Part shown: piece by piece, positions 31,310 through 44,575 of the stretch
Layout: every line of letters starts with the position of its first letter
How positions within the stretch are numbered: the first letter of the stretch is position 1
Origin: Phaeosaccion multiseriatum
Taxonomy: Eukaryota > Protista > Ochrophyta, other classes
NCBI GenBank assembly: GCA_965112735.1
Contig: OZ218958.1
Span: 620,001 to 684,000 of the forward strand
Length of the DNA stretch: 64,000 bases
Reading direction: 5' to 3'
The notes under the pieces: model-generated
The model's input: the letters and a program-made list of their open reading frames with translations, nothing else
Database searches by the model: none
What the model was told of the DNA's origin: nothing
Program-made: the position numbers and the translations under genes

Positions 31310-33492
31310 ATGGCGTCCCTTCTCAGGAGGGTATTCGGTGCCATTAAAGATTACAAATACGATGCGGACAACTGTCGTATCCGATGGTTTTGCGTTGGTA
31401 CTGCCAGCCTCGTTTTTGTCCTCCTTGTTGTCGCATTCTCAATGGACTACGTGGAGTGGTCTACCATAGGCGATGATTGCCATTACTGTAACACATGGGC
31501 GCCGCCCACAGGCGCTTGCGTTGCTTCTTCACGTGGTCCGTGCCGTTTCGGTGAGTGAGGCAGGCCTCTCCCTTCTGCGGTGTTGTCGGCCGTGTTGCCT
31601 CCTCATTTTGTTGTATACTAAAAAACCCTTTTCGGCATGCAAAGGGAGAGGACCCTTGCTGCTTGCTGCCTTGGCCTGGTGCACCAGCAGGTGTGACCTC
31701 ATCCTTTACGGTATATGGCTTGCATTGATCACAGTCATTCCTGCAGTACTCACAGACGAAAGTTTCCTTTATTTATATCCATCGTCTCCTCTTCTCTCGT
31801 AGCCCCTCGCTGCTTTACTTAGCCTGACTTGGATGCTGATGCTTGTGGCTGGTCTTCGGGTGGCCGTCGGGCTACGATATGGTGACACGAGCACCGTTTG
31901 CTTTCATTTACAACTAAAGCCTGCGATCGTTTCACTTTGATACGCGCACCCGACACTTCGCTCTACTGACCAAGAAAAGCCGCATTGTCTACCCTGCTCA
32001 TTACGTTGCCGCCACAGGCAAGTTGCAAGGAGAAGCGGTTTGCGATATAGTGTTTGATTTCGGCGCGACCAATGATACTGAGGTGGTGGACACGTGGGAG
32101 GGAACCGACGAAGATGACCGGAATACCATTTGTGATATCTGGGTAGTCGTCAATGCAATGATGATAATGTCTATGATATCATGCTCCGTGGCTCTCTTGT
32201 CGGCCTTGCTCGGCCCCTTCACGGAGAGACCCAAAGGCTATAGTTGGGTGGCGGCATCCTGCATGCTTTGCTCCATCGTCTTGACGGTGGTTGCTGTTGT
32301 AAAGGTGAGCAAATTAGCTGCGGCCCTGCAAGACCTGAGTTTCAGCGGAGGGGAGCTTCAAGTGGAAGCTGAGGTTTTGGCGAGCGGACGGGGGTGCGGG
32401 ATTGCAGCGGCCAGCATCGCCTCCGTCACTTGCGTGTTGCTTTGTTTTCTTGCTTGGCACCAGCCCGAGAAGGAAAGGAAGGAGGAAAGCTACGTAATAA
32501 CGGAAGAAGAGAAGGAAGAAGAGAAGGAAGGGAATGAAGAAGATAGAAGAACGGGAGACAGAACCAAAGACCTGCACTTATTCCTTGGTGTCCTGGATAT
32601 TCTCGGGTCTGTTTCACTCTTGGAGTTCGTCCCGACTGCTGTTCAACTGGCCAAGGCCACGAATGTTGATAAAGACGGCAACAAGTTGTCCGACGACCCA
32701 GCCACGGATGGAGTGCGCGCACTTGGGTATATCCTGTCGGTTCTCCTCTTGGGGGTCAGTGGCACTCACCTGAGCAACGGCTTTGCAAATCTCATGTCGG
32801 ATACGGAAGAACTACCAATAAGGTGGATGGCGCTCGGACTTGATTGGATGTGCGATGCTCTTGGTATATACATAGCCTTGATAATGCTGGTCTTGAGCGA
32901 AGATCTGGGTAAAGTATGGTCATATCCTCTTGGTGCTGTGGCTGCGCTTATTGGTGAGACAATCGTTATCTTCAAAATGTGGAAATCTTCCCACAAATTG
33001 CGGCATGAAATCTTGTGGATAGCATTGCTCGGGACATTGGCCGGAGGCCTTTTGATTTCGGCTTTTGAGACTTTCCAGCGTGAGCTGCAAGTTCTTTCCG
33101 ACACAGAGGCTTCGAAGAAAAATCATGTGACGATAAAGGACAGCTGTGGAACTCCGCGGCACCTCTACACCGACCATGGCCATAAGGAAAATGCGCCCTT
33201 CCACTTTTTCTGTGTTGTTTTGCCGGCGGTGCTCTTTTACGTGGTCGCGGGAATTCTCGTGTACAGGAAATACAAGTTATTACCTGAGGAGAGTTGGCGG
33301 TCAAAGGGGGCTGCCCCTCTTTCAGTATTTTGGCCTGTGAGCGTGTTTTTGGTCGAGCTTGTCATTCTCTGGCCGAAGGTATGGCCAAGGATTAAGCATT
33401 TCCTGACGGAGACAGAGGTCTACTACAAAATTGATGACAGGGTGGTTAAGTGTCGTACAGCCATCCCGCACGTCCCTCTATCTGGAGTGTAG
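31310..33492 (+). CDS. Two-exon polytopic membrane protein: claudin/PMP22-like 4-TM N-half, charged linker, then a second multi-TM half
   Basis: Exon 1 (31310-~31550; TM1 and Cys-rich loop) splices via GTGAGT...CAG into the 489-codon ORF; roughly 10 hydrophobic segments. The family assignment rests on topology only. Confidence 0.65.
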
Positions 33493-34033
33493 GGAGAAAA
33501 CCCCCAAGCTGAGCGCTACCGAGTTTCCGCCAAGGAAGACTCAGAGAGGCGAGAAGTGATTCAAATGCTTTTAGAGAGCAAAAAGGGCGCTGTCCTTACC
33601 CAGAGACCCAGGAAGCTTTTTTGAGTCAAGGAACAGCTTTCCAATAGGTCTATACGGGTTCAGGAGTGAGGAAGGGGGGCAGCCGGCCCCCACAGATCCG
33701 TCACCCGCCCGTATGTTACCCTTATGTATCGCCTACATAGTAGTTACGTAATTGAGCCCTTGCTTGCTTCCCAGCTCCACCACATAAGGTGGCTGGGATC
33801 TTACGCCCCGCAAAGTGTCGAACAAATCGTCTGTAGCGCCGGCGAACCCTAAGCTAACTAAAGTGACTACCACTCTTCCTCTGCCTACTCCCACTCATAT
33901 GGGAGTGAAGGTACTAACGTCGCTCTTCGTCGATACAAGAGAGAGCAGCAAGAGAGAAGTGGTATGTATATTCACCCATTACGGTATGAACGAGTGCTCT
34001 ACTCCACAGTACCCCTTAGAAGGCTTGATGGAC

Positions 34034-34195
34034 GGGCATCAGAATCCGTATGTTACACGGTATCTCTACTGCTACTCGCTGAGCCACGTGAGCTGGCTGT
34101 GTTGAAACGACATCACCCCTCTCGTCGGGATGTGCCTAGGAAACCGACATTCTTATTATACCCCAGAATGTGTGACCGGAAACCCTCAGGCCACA
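34034..34195 (-). mobile_element. LTR remnant related to the gypsy LTR (copies at 36607-36768 and 39181-39342)
   Basis: ~60-bp exact reverse-complement match to the LTR 5' region, plus a weaker match GGGCATCAG..TCCGTAT...TATCTCTACT. Confidence 0.85.
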
Positions 34196-35288
34196 TGTTG
34201 CGATAGATGTATCAAGAGAGATAGTGGTTCGGTCATAGGATGGTGTTGTGATAGATATCGACATTTGTGACCGAGCACTATTTCGAGATACACTATCGAG
34301 GTATCTGGGGGTGGGCAAGGCCTATGGCCACGCCCTTCAGCCGCTTCCTTTGACGCATCTCCCAGTAGGTTTTAACAATGCAAGAGCTGACACTTCCTAA
34401 GCTTGTCACTCTTCTGGTAGAGGAGATATCGCAACACGACACCGAGCCTCTGTCGCTCAGCTCTCCAATTGCCACAGGGTCAGGCTGGCAACTTGGGCAC
34501 GTAGAGTATGAGTAACCACTCACTCAAACTCAAACTCGAAGCTCGTATTCTGTACCTCTTTGTCCAACAGGTCGCGCGATTCACTTTTTCTCCCCATCCT
34601 GCTGCGAAAGTCCTGCTCCTTGGCAGTAAGTAGTAAGGCAGCAAATGTCTTCCACCTGCTGGTGCACGTGTTGGTACTCCGCATTGCCTCACCGCTGGGC
34701 CCGCCGTCATGGTACGGAACGCCCTGCAGAGTCGTGCTCGCTGAGTTGACGATGAGAAAACATCGAAGAAGGCTCGGCCGACTGTCGAGCTGTTGCTGGA
34801 TCATCAAATTCCCCTCCCCCCCCCCTTCCCACGGGCAACCCCCGGGGGGCAAGGCTGCATCATTGTAGCCTGATCCGCTGCACTTTCTCCTCTCTTATCT
34901 CCTTCTCAGCGGCTCTCCTTCTCTGCTGCTGCTCGGCGATTGGGTTGGGGCGTGTGTCCCACGCACGCCCAGCCACACACACGCAGACACGCACACACAC
35001 AGAGAGACACACACTCACACACCCTCTTTCTGGGCCTTGTAGTGAGTCTTGGCGATGTCCATCCTTCCTCATCTCATCGCGCTGTAAAGGAAGTATCGCG
35101 TTTTGTGAGCATGGGGGGGCGTCAGGGTCGTGGTCCGTCCTGTCACAGCTCTTCCCACTGCATACCCCCAACCGACCAGACTAGCACCAGACTAGCACCA
35201 GACTAGCACCAGACTTGACGCCGGTCCAAAAGAGAGAGAGAGCTCAGTGGAGTGGGTTGAGTGAGTGATGAGTGACGATTCTCACCGC

Positions 35289-35322
<34 letters not shown>

Positions 35323-35443
35323 TCTTTGTTCGGTGAATGATGTGAATGATGCTGTTCCATCGTCGTCGTCGTCATCATCATCATCATCATCACCATCATC
35401 ATCATCCTCCTCCTCATCATCATCATCATCGTCGTCGTCATCA

Positions 35444-35851
35444 TCACCTCCGACTTGGCTCCTCCACGTAGTAGTCGCCATAGCCGTACACCACTGCCTG
35501 ATAGCGCTTCTTGCTTCGACACACGAGCGCACAGGACGCACTCAGCAGCACGATTTGCACCACAGAGAAGGCGATGCCCACCTCAGACAGAGAAGTCAGG
35601 CGAGAGCTCGACAGCTGCTCGAAGTGGGTGGAGCAAGTTTGTCTGTGGGGTTGGGGTTTGGTGTGTGTTTCCAAGTTGGGATGGAGTAGGGGAAGGTTGT
35701 TTGAGGGGTAGGTGGGGGGCTGGTTAGATGATACGTTTGGTTTGTTTGCTGCTTGCTTGCTTGATTTGCGTATTTGTTTTGCTTGTTTGCCAGCAACTAT
35801 GTACTGAAGCACTCACGAGAAGGGAGTGGGGCAGTCGAGGTAGGCAGGGTT
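35444..35851 (-). pseudogene. Tetraspanin 3' fragment created by the triplication (second copy at 38017-38425)
   Basis: Contains the last exon and only the NPAYLDCPTPFS end of the preceding exon, cut at the GTT junction. Confidence 0.75.
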
Positions 35852-37861
35852 ATTACCTGAGGAGAGTTGGCGGTCAAAGGGGGCTGCCCCTCTTTCAGTA
35901 TTTTGGCCTGTGAGCGTGTTTTTGGTCGAGCTTGTCATTCTCTGGCCGAAGGTATGGCCAAGGATTAAGCATTTCCTGACGGAGACAGAGGTCTACTACA
36001 AAATTGATGACAGGGTGGTTAAGTGTCGTACAGCCATCCCGCACGTCCCTCTATCTGGAGTGTAGGGAGAAAACCCCCAAGCTGAGCGCTACCGAGTTTC
36101 CGCCAAGGAAGACTCAGAGAGGCGAGAAGTGATTCAAATGCTTTTAGAGAGCAAAAAGGGCGCTGTCCTTACCCAGAGACCCAGGAAGCTTTTTTGAGTC
36201 AAGGAACAGCTTTCCAATAGGTCTATACGGGTTCAGGAGTGAGGAAGGGGGGCAGCCGGCCCCCACAGATCCGTCACCCGCCCGTATGTTACCCTTATGT
36301 ATCGCCTACATAGTAGTTACGTAATTGAGCCCTTGCTTGCTTCCCAGCTCCACCACATAAGGTGGCTGGGATCTTACGCCCCGCAAAGTGTCGAACAAAT
36401 CGTCTGTAGCGCCGGCGAACCCTAAGCTAACTAAAGTGACTACCACTCTTCCTCTGCCTACTCCCACTCATATGGGAGTGAAGGTACTAACGTCGCTCTT
36501 CGTCGATACAAGAGAGAGCAGCAAGAGAGAAGTGGTATGTATATTCACCCATTACGGTATGAACGAGTGCTCTACTCCACAGTACCCCTTAGAAGGCTTG
36601 ATGGACGGGCATCAGAATCCGTATGTTACACGGTATCTCTACTGCTACTCGCTGAGCCACGTGAGCTGGCTGTGTTGAAACGACATCACCCCTCTCGTCG
36701 GGATGTGCCTAGGAAACCGACATTCTTATTATACCCCAGAATGTGTGACCGGAAACCCTCAGGCCACATGTTGCGATAGATGTATCAAGAGAGATAGTGG
36801 TTCGGTCATAGGATGGTGTTGTGATAGATATCGACATTTGTGACCGAGCACTATTTCGAGATACACTATCGAGGTATCTGGGGGTGGGCAAGGCCTATGG
36901 CCACGCCCTTCAGCCGCTTCCTTTGACGCATCTCCCAGTAGGTTTTAACAATGCAAGAGCTGACACTTCCTAAGCTTGTCACTCTTCTGGTAGAGGAGAT
37001 ATCGCAACACGACACCGAGCCTCTGTCGCTCAGCTCTCCAATTGCCACAGGGTCAGGCTGGCAACTTGGGCACGTAGAGTATGAGTAACCACTCACTCAA
37101 ACTCAAACTCGAAGCTCGTATTCTGTACCTCTTTGTCCAACAGGTCGCGCGATTCACTTTTTCTCCCCATCCTGCTGCGAAAGTCCTGCTCCTTGGCAGT
37201 AAGTAGTAAGGCAGCAAATGTCTTCCACCTGCTGGTGCACGTGTTGGTACTCCGCATTGCCTCACCGCTGGGCCCGCCGTCATGGTACGGAACGCCCTGC
37301 AGAGTCGTGCTCGCTGAGTTGACGATGAGAAAACATCGAAGAAGGCTCGGCCGACTGTCGAGCTGTTGCTGGATCATCAAATTCCCCTCCCCCCCCCCTT
37401 CCCACGGGCAACCCCCGGGGGGCAAGGCTGCATCATTGTAGCCTGATCCGCTGCACTTTCTCCTCTCTTATCTCCTTCTCAGCGGCTCTCCTTCTCTGCT
37501 GCTGCTCGGCGATTGGGTTGGGGCGTGTGTCCCACGCACGCCCAGCCACACACACGCAGACACGCACACACACAGAGAGACACACACTCACACACCCTCT
37601 TTCTGGGCCTTGTAGTGAGTCTTGGCGATGTCCATCCTTCCTCATCTCATCGCGCTGTAAAGGAAGTATCGCGTTTTGTGAGCATGGGGGGGCGTCAGGG
37701 TCGTGGTCCGTCCTGTCACAGCTCTTCCCACTGCATACCCCCAACCGACCAGACTAGCACCAGACTAGCACCAGACTAGCACCAGACTTGACGCCGGTCC
37801 AAAAGAGAGAGAGAGCTCAGTGGAGTGGGTTGAGTGAGTGATGAGTGACGATTCTCACCGC

Positions 37862-37895
<34 letters not shown>

Positions 37896-40429
37896 TCTTT
37901 GTTCGGTGAATGATGTGAATGATGCTGTTCCATCGTCGTCGTCGTCATCATCATCATCATCATCACCATCATCATCATCCTCCTCCTCATCATCATCATC
38001 ATCGTCGTCGTCATCATCACCTCCGACTTGGCTCCTCCACGTAGTAGTCGCCATAGCCGTACACCACTGCCTGATAGCGCTTCTTGCTTCGACACACGAG
38101 CGCACAGGACGCACTCAGCAGCACGATTTGCACCACAGAGAAGGCGATGCCCACCTCAGACAGAGAAGTCAGGCGAGAGCTCGACAGCTGCTCGAAGTGG
38201 GTGGAGCAAGTTTGTCTGTGGGGTTGGGGTTTGGTGTGTGTTTCCAAGTTGGGATGGAGTAGGGGAAGGTTGTTTGAGGGGTAGGTGGGGGGGCTGGTTA
38301 GATGATACGTTTGGTTTGTTTGCTGCTTGCTTGCTTGATTTGCGTATTTGTTTTGCTTGTTTGCCAGCAACTATGTACTGAAGCACTCACGAGAAGGGAG
38401 TGGGGCAGTCGAGGTAGGCAGGGTTATTACCTGAGGAGAGTTGGCGGTCAAAGGGGGCTGCCCCTCTTTCAGTATTTTGGCCTGTGAGCGTGTTTTTGGT
38501 CGAGCTTGTCATTCTCTGGCCGAAGGTATGGCCAAGGATTAAGCATTTCCTGACGGAGACAGAGGTCTACTACAAAATTGATGACAGGGTGGTTAAGTGT
38601 CGTACAGCCATCCCGCACGTCCCTCTATCTGGAGTGTAGGGAGAAAACCCCCAAGCTGAGCGCTACCGAGTTTCCGCCAAGGAAGACTCAGAGAGGCGAG
38701 AAGTGATTCAAATGCTTTTAGAGAGCAAAAAGGGCGCTGTCCTTACCCAGAGACCCAGGAAGCTTTTTTGAGTCAAGGAACAGCTTTCCAATAGGTCTAT
38801 ACGGGTTCAGGAGTGAGGAAGGGGGGCAGCCGGCCCCCACAGATCCGTCACCCGCCCGTATGTTACCCTTATGTATCGCCTACATAGTAGTTACGTAATT
38901 GAGCCCTTGCTTGCTTCCCAGCTCCACCACATAAGGTGGCTGGGATCTTACGCCCCGCAAAGTGTCGAACAAATCGTCTGTAGCGCCGGCGAACCCTAAG
39001 CTAACTAAAGTGACTACCACTCTTCCTCTGCCTACTCCCACTCATATGGGAGTGAAGGTACTAACGTCGCTCTTCGTCGATACAAGAGAGAGCAGCAAGA
39101 GAGAAGTGGTATGTATATTCACCCATTACGGTATGAACGAGTGCTCTACTCCACAGTACCCCTTAGAAGGCTTGATGGACGGGCATCAGAATCCGTATGT
39201 TACACGGTATCTCTACTGCTACTCGCTGAGCCACGTGAGCTGGCTGTGTTGAAACGACATCACCCCTCTCGTCGGGATGTGCCTAGGAAACCGACATTCT
39301 TATTATACCCCAGAATGTGTGACCGGAAACCCTCAGGCCACATGTTGCGATAGATGTATCAAGAGAGATAGTGGTTCGGTCATAGGATGGTGTTGTGATA
39401 GATATCGACATTTGTGACCGAGCACTATTTCGAGATACACTATCGAGGTATCTGGGGGTGGGCAAGGCCTATGGCCACGCCCTTCAGCCGCTTCCTTTGA
39501 CGCATCTCCCAGTAGGTTTTAACAATGCAAGAGCTGACACTTCCTAAGCTTGTCACTCTTCTGGTAGAGGAGATATCGCAACACGACACCGAGCCTCTGT
39601 CGCTCAGCTCTCCAATTGCCACAGGGTCAGGCTGGCAACTTGGGCACGTAGAGTATGAGTAACCACTCACTCAAACTCAAACTCGAAGCTCGTATTCTGT
39701 ACCTCTTTGTCCAACAGGTCGCGCGATTCACTTTTTCTCCCCATCCTGCTGCGAAAGTCCTGCTCCTTGGCAGTAAGTAGTAAGGCAGCAAATGTCTTCC
39801 ACCTGCTGGTGCACGTGTTGGTACTCCGCATTGCCTCACCGCTGGGCCCGCCGTCATGGTACGGAACGCCCTGCAGAGTCGTGCTCGCTGAGTTGACGAT
39901 GAGAAAACATCGAAGAAGGCTCGGCCGACTGTCGAGCTGTTGCTGGATCATCAAATTCCCCCCCCCCCTTCCCACGGGCAACCCCCGGGGGGCAAGGCTG
40001 CATCATTGTAGCCTGATCCGCTGCACTTTCTCCTCTCTTATCTCCTTCTCAGCGGCTCTCCTTCTCTGCTGCTGCTCGGCGATTGGGTTGGGGCGTGTGT
40101 CCCACGCACGCCCAGCCACACACACGCAGACACGCACACACACAGAGAGACACACACTCACACACCCTCTTTCTGGGCCTTGTAGTGAGTCTTGGCGATG
40201 TCCATCCTTCCTCATCTCATCGCGCTGTAAAGGAAGTATCGCGTTTTGTGAGCATGGGGGGGCGTCAGGGTCGTGGTCCGTCCTGTCACAGCTCTTCCCA
40301 CTGCATACCCCCAACCGACCAGACTAGCACCAGACTAGCACCAGACTAGCACCAGACTTGACGCCGGTCCAAAAGAGAGAGAGCTCAGTGGAGTGGGTTG
40401 AGTGAGTGATGAGTGACGATTCTCACCGC

Positions 40430-40463
<34 letters not shown>

Positions 40464-40584
40464 TCTTTGTTCGGTGAATGATGTGAATGATGCTGTTCCA
40501 TCGTCGTCGTCGTCATCATCATCATCATCATCACCATCATCATCATCCTCCTCCTCATCATCATCATCATCGTCGTCGTCATCA

Positions 40585-42500
40585 TCACCTCCGACTTGGC
40601 TCCTCCACGTAGTAGTCGCCATAGCCGTACACCACTGCCTGATAGCGCTTCTTGCTTCGACACACGAGCGCACAGGACGCACTCAGCAGCACGATTTGCA
40701 CCACAGAGAAGGCGATGCCCACCTCAGACAGAGAAGTCAGGCGAGAGCTCGACAGCTGCTCGAAGTGGGTGGAGCAAGTTTGTCTGTGGGGTTGGGGTTT
40801 GGTGTGTGTTTCCAAGTTGGGATGGAGTAGGGGAAGGTTGTTTGAGGGGTAGGTGGGGGGGCTGGTTAGATGATACGTTTGGTTTGTTTGCTGCTTGCTT
40901 GCTTGATTTGCGTATTTGTTTTGCTTGTTTGCCAGCAACTATGTACTGAAGCACTCACGAGAAGGGAGTGGGGCAGTCGAGGTAGGCAGGGTTCTGACTC
41001 TGATCCGTGGCACTGCTCCAGCCGCAGCAGTCGCCACTAACAAAGAGCTGCTGGAACCACGCGAACTTTCTCGGATCGGTCTTGGCCTGCGAGGCGAGGT
41101 CCTCCCAGTTGGAGAGGTACACGGCACCGAACTCTGACGTCACGTAACCGTCGACAGTTGCCACGTAGAGCGCGATGGAGAAGCCTGGGGAGGGGAGGGA
41201 AGGGGGGGGAGGGAGGGAGCGAGGGAGGGAGGGAGGGAGGGAGGGAGGGAGGGAGGGAGGGAGGGAGGGAGGGAGGGAGGGAGGGAGGGAGGGAGGGAGG
41301 GAGGGAGGGAGGGAGGGAGGGAGGGAGGGAGGGAGGGAGGGAGGGAGGGAGGGAGGGAGGGAGGGAGGGATGAAAGAGAAAGGAGAAGAAATGTGAGAAG
41401 GAAGAGAAGAGAAGTGCTGTGTCTCTTTCGTACACCCATGCCCAATATATATGTCACATCTATTCGATGTACGGGTAGGTAAGTACCTGAAATGAGGAGG
41501 CAGACCACGGCGCTGAGAAAGAGAAAGATGACGACGTTGACCTTGGAGGCGAGAAGAGTCGCAGTGACGCCCCACACGCCGCAGCAGAAGAGCAGCACGC
41601 TAAAGCACAGAATAGCCACCACGCTCTCCTATAGTGGTGTGGGGGTGGTTGTGGGGAGGGTGAAAAAGACCAAAGATCGGGTAGGAGAGCAACGCGAGCG
41701 TGTCAGGGTGAGAGGTTGGGATGGGGGAAGAGCAGGTGGTTGGTCGGGGGAAGAGGAGGGTGGGCTACTAAAGCAGCCAATAGCAACGCGGCTGTGTCAA
41801 GTAGGAAGTCGTGCGCTTGCTTTCTTTGCCTCACCTTCACGTCATCGAAGATGTAAGACACTTCATCTGGCAGCGTCGCCAAGGAGCTCGAGGAGACGGC
41901 AAGGAGGATGATGCTGAAGGCGATGTAGAGTGCAGCAGTGCCTACAAGCCACTTGACGTTGAATGCGCGAGAAGTTTCCGCACACAGGCACGTTGTCCTG
42001 CAAAAAAGGGGCGTGGTGGCAGCACAGGGTTGCGTGGTACGGTTAGAGAGTGCCGAGCACGCACTTCAGCAGGCAACCCTGTGGCATGGCTGGTCTGCTC
42101 GCCGATGGAGGTGCGAAGTGCTCAGACGAGTGGAGGGATAGACCGACACATGGTGTACCAGAGGTACGGATAGACAGACATACAGACAGATGATAGATAA
42201 GAGAGATAGATCGACGCAAGAGACACTTGGCTGATACAGATCAAGAGATTGAGAATGTTGAATTCCCAACATGTTTACCAGGGGGAGGGATAGACGGCCA
42301 TAAAGATGATAGAAAGGCGAAAAGATGGACAGATACATGGTTCTTGTGTCCGCTCACCTGCAGCAGTGGTACTGGCACTGGGAAGCCTCGGCCTCTGGCT
42401 CACCACAGGGCAAGCACACTGTCTCCCCCTCCTCCTCCTCGCCGTCTCCCTCCAGCCCCTCCCCGGCCATCTTACTCTGCTTCATTGAGCGGGTGCTCAT
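40585..42500 (-). CDS. Tetraspanin-family protein (5 exons identified)
   Basis: Hand-spliced: ...QCQYHCCR|TTCLCAETSRAFNVKWLVGTAALYIAFSIILLAVSS...DDVK|ESVVAILCFSVLLFCCGVWGVTATLLASKVNVVIFLFLSAVVCLLIS|GFSIALYV...DCCGW...DCP..|QTC...EVGIAFSVVQIVLLSASCALVC. Four TMs and a CCG motif in the large loop; start codon (42500 or 42470) uncertain. Confidence 0.8.
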
Positions 42501-42855
42501 CCTTGTCTTCTTGGTTGACGCGATCCTCTCATAAAAGGGCAAAAGCACTCCTAAGGGATTGTGATTGTTGAGCAGCGGGCGGAATGATTCGCCCGTTGAG
42601 AAAACCACCCACCTGAAACCGGACACTACTACACTTCCGTTCTATGCGTTAGATTATGATTGATTCAACAGAGGAACAGGAACACCCGTAGCACAAGAAT
42701 AGATGCAGCAGCAGCAGCAGCAGCAGCAACAGCAGTAGCAGTAGCGGCAGTAGCAGCAGCAGCAGCAGTAGCAGCAGCAGGAGCAGCAGCAGAGAGGGGC
42801 GTGAAAAGCATAGAGCACAGCCCACAAGGGGGAAGGCCCCTGAAACGAGGCGGAG

Positions 42856-44526
42856 ATGAACTCCATCAGCGGATTTGGCGGTGCGAGCCTGCCCTACAAC
42901 CTTCGAGCCTACAAGCTGCGTACACTGTCCACCAAGGTATGTTGTGCCTTGCCGTAACTACTTGCTAGGACAAAGAGCTGTGCAGGCACCACAACACTTC
43001 GCACTTTAGCGCTCCTCCCCCCCAATTACCAAATTGGCTTGTACCACTTTGATGGAACCTCTTTGCAACGAGATGGAGTGTTCGCGAGAGTCGACGCCAG
43101 AGGATTGCCATCCACACGCCTTCGGCTACGAAGCATAGTTTCCTATGCTTCGAAATGTGGAAGAGCGTCACCTCCCCCCCCCAAGCCCCCGTTTGCTCTC
43201 CTGTACTTGACCATCAGCGTGGCGCCTATTTAGTACATATGATTCATTTGTCTTCCCGCAGGAAGACAGGAAAGGACCTCCCTACCCCCTCCCATCTCAC
43301 CCCTCTTTCATCCCTCTCCTCTCATAGGAGCTCGAGCGATACAGCAAGCTCGCCCACGAGCAGCGCAAGACCCCCGGGGCGGCAAGCCTCCTCGAGAGCG
43401 GGCTGGAGGCTGCCGTCTTCGGCGATGCCTTGATCAAGCACTCCGAGGGCGGTTGGCTCTCGTCCCCCAGCAAACTCAAGGTGTGTGTGTGTGTGGGTGG
43501 GTGGGTGTGGCTCTTTTGCTTCCTTCTTCTGGTCGTCCTTTGCTGCTCGGGGAGTGGCGGAGAGTGAAAGATCTAACGGAAGGGAGTGGGGGTGACCAAT
43601 TTGTGCTCTCCTTCCTCTTTTCCTCCTCCAATCGGCGAAATGTGGGCACTACACATATGGTGTCCTTCCCTTGGCGACGCTGCGGGAGGGGAGGTGATCC
43701 TCAGCCCCACCTCTAAGCAAGCGCTCCTCATCATAGCATTGGGCACCTGACGACTTGAGATTGTAGCCTGGAGGGCTTCGCCATCCCCACACCCCTACCT
43801 CTCTTGCTCCCTCCCCCTCTCTCTGTCCCTTCCGTCTCCTTCTAGCCCCCTCTCCATCGCCTTCCCTCCCTCCCTTTATCTCTCCGTCTATTACTGAATC
43901 AATCCCCCCCCCCCCCTCTCTCCTCCTCCCCATCTGCCTCCCACCTGCCTGCCTACCCGCCTACCCACCTACCTGCCTACCCACCTACCTACCTGCCTGC
44001 CTACCTGCCTTCCTACCTGCCTACTTCCCTACCTACATACCTTCTCCCCTATCTACCTTCCTACCTACATATATACCTACCTGCCTGTCTCGTGCGCTGC
44101 CTCTGTCGGCTGTAGTCGGCTCTGCTGGATGCAGGCATCGACAACGGCGCTATCGATGACCGCACATGCGCGAGCCTGTTCCGTGCCTTCGCCTGGGACC
44201 TTAAAGGTGTCGGAACCGGTGCCTCCAGCGGACTCGGTAAGGAAGGAATGAGGCGTGTCGTTTCGATCTCTATATTTTGGGGTCGATTCGATACCGTAAT
44301 GGGGAGGAGCATGTCGAATCGACGTTGATGTTTGAGGTGTAGACTCGAGATTTCCCCAGTCGGGACGATGCTGCTTGACTCACTGCGGAGAGAAGGTGGT
44401 CTACTGCGCACTACCATGCTGCTGGGCTGCTGAGGGTGTCCACATCATGCACGCTTGTGTATGGGCACCTCACGCACTTCGGGCTTATGTGTATGGGTGG
44501 GAGGCGTCTTGTGTTTCTGTCTCTCG

Positions 44527-44575
<49 letters not shown>

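Larger units (their letters stand above)
33276..40993 (+). repeat. Near-perfect tandem triplication (units of 2573, 2574 and 2568 bp)
   Basis: Junction GGCAGG[GTT]ATTACCTGAGG at 35849-35851 and 38423-38425; identical ORFs recur at 33815, 36388 and 38962; differences seen only in homopolymer and dinucleotide lengths. Confidence 0.95.
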
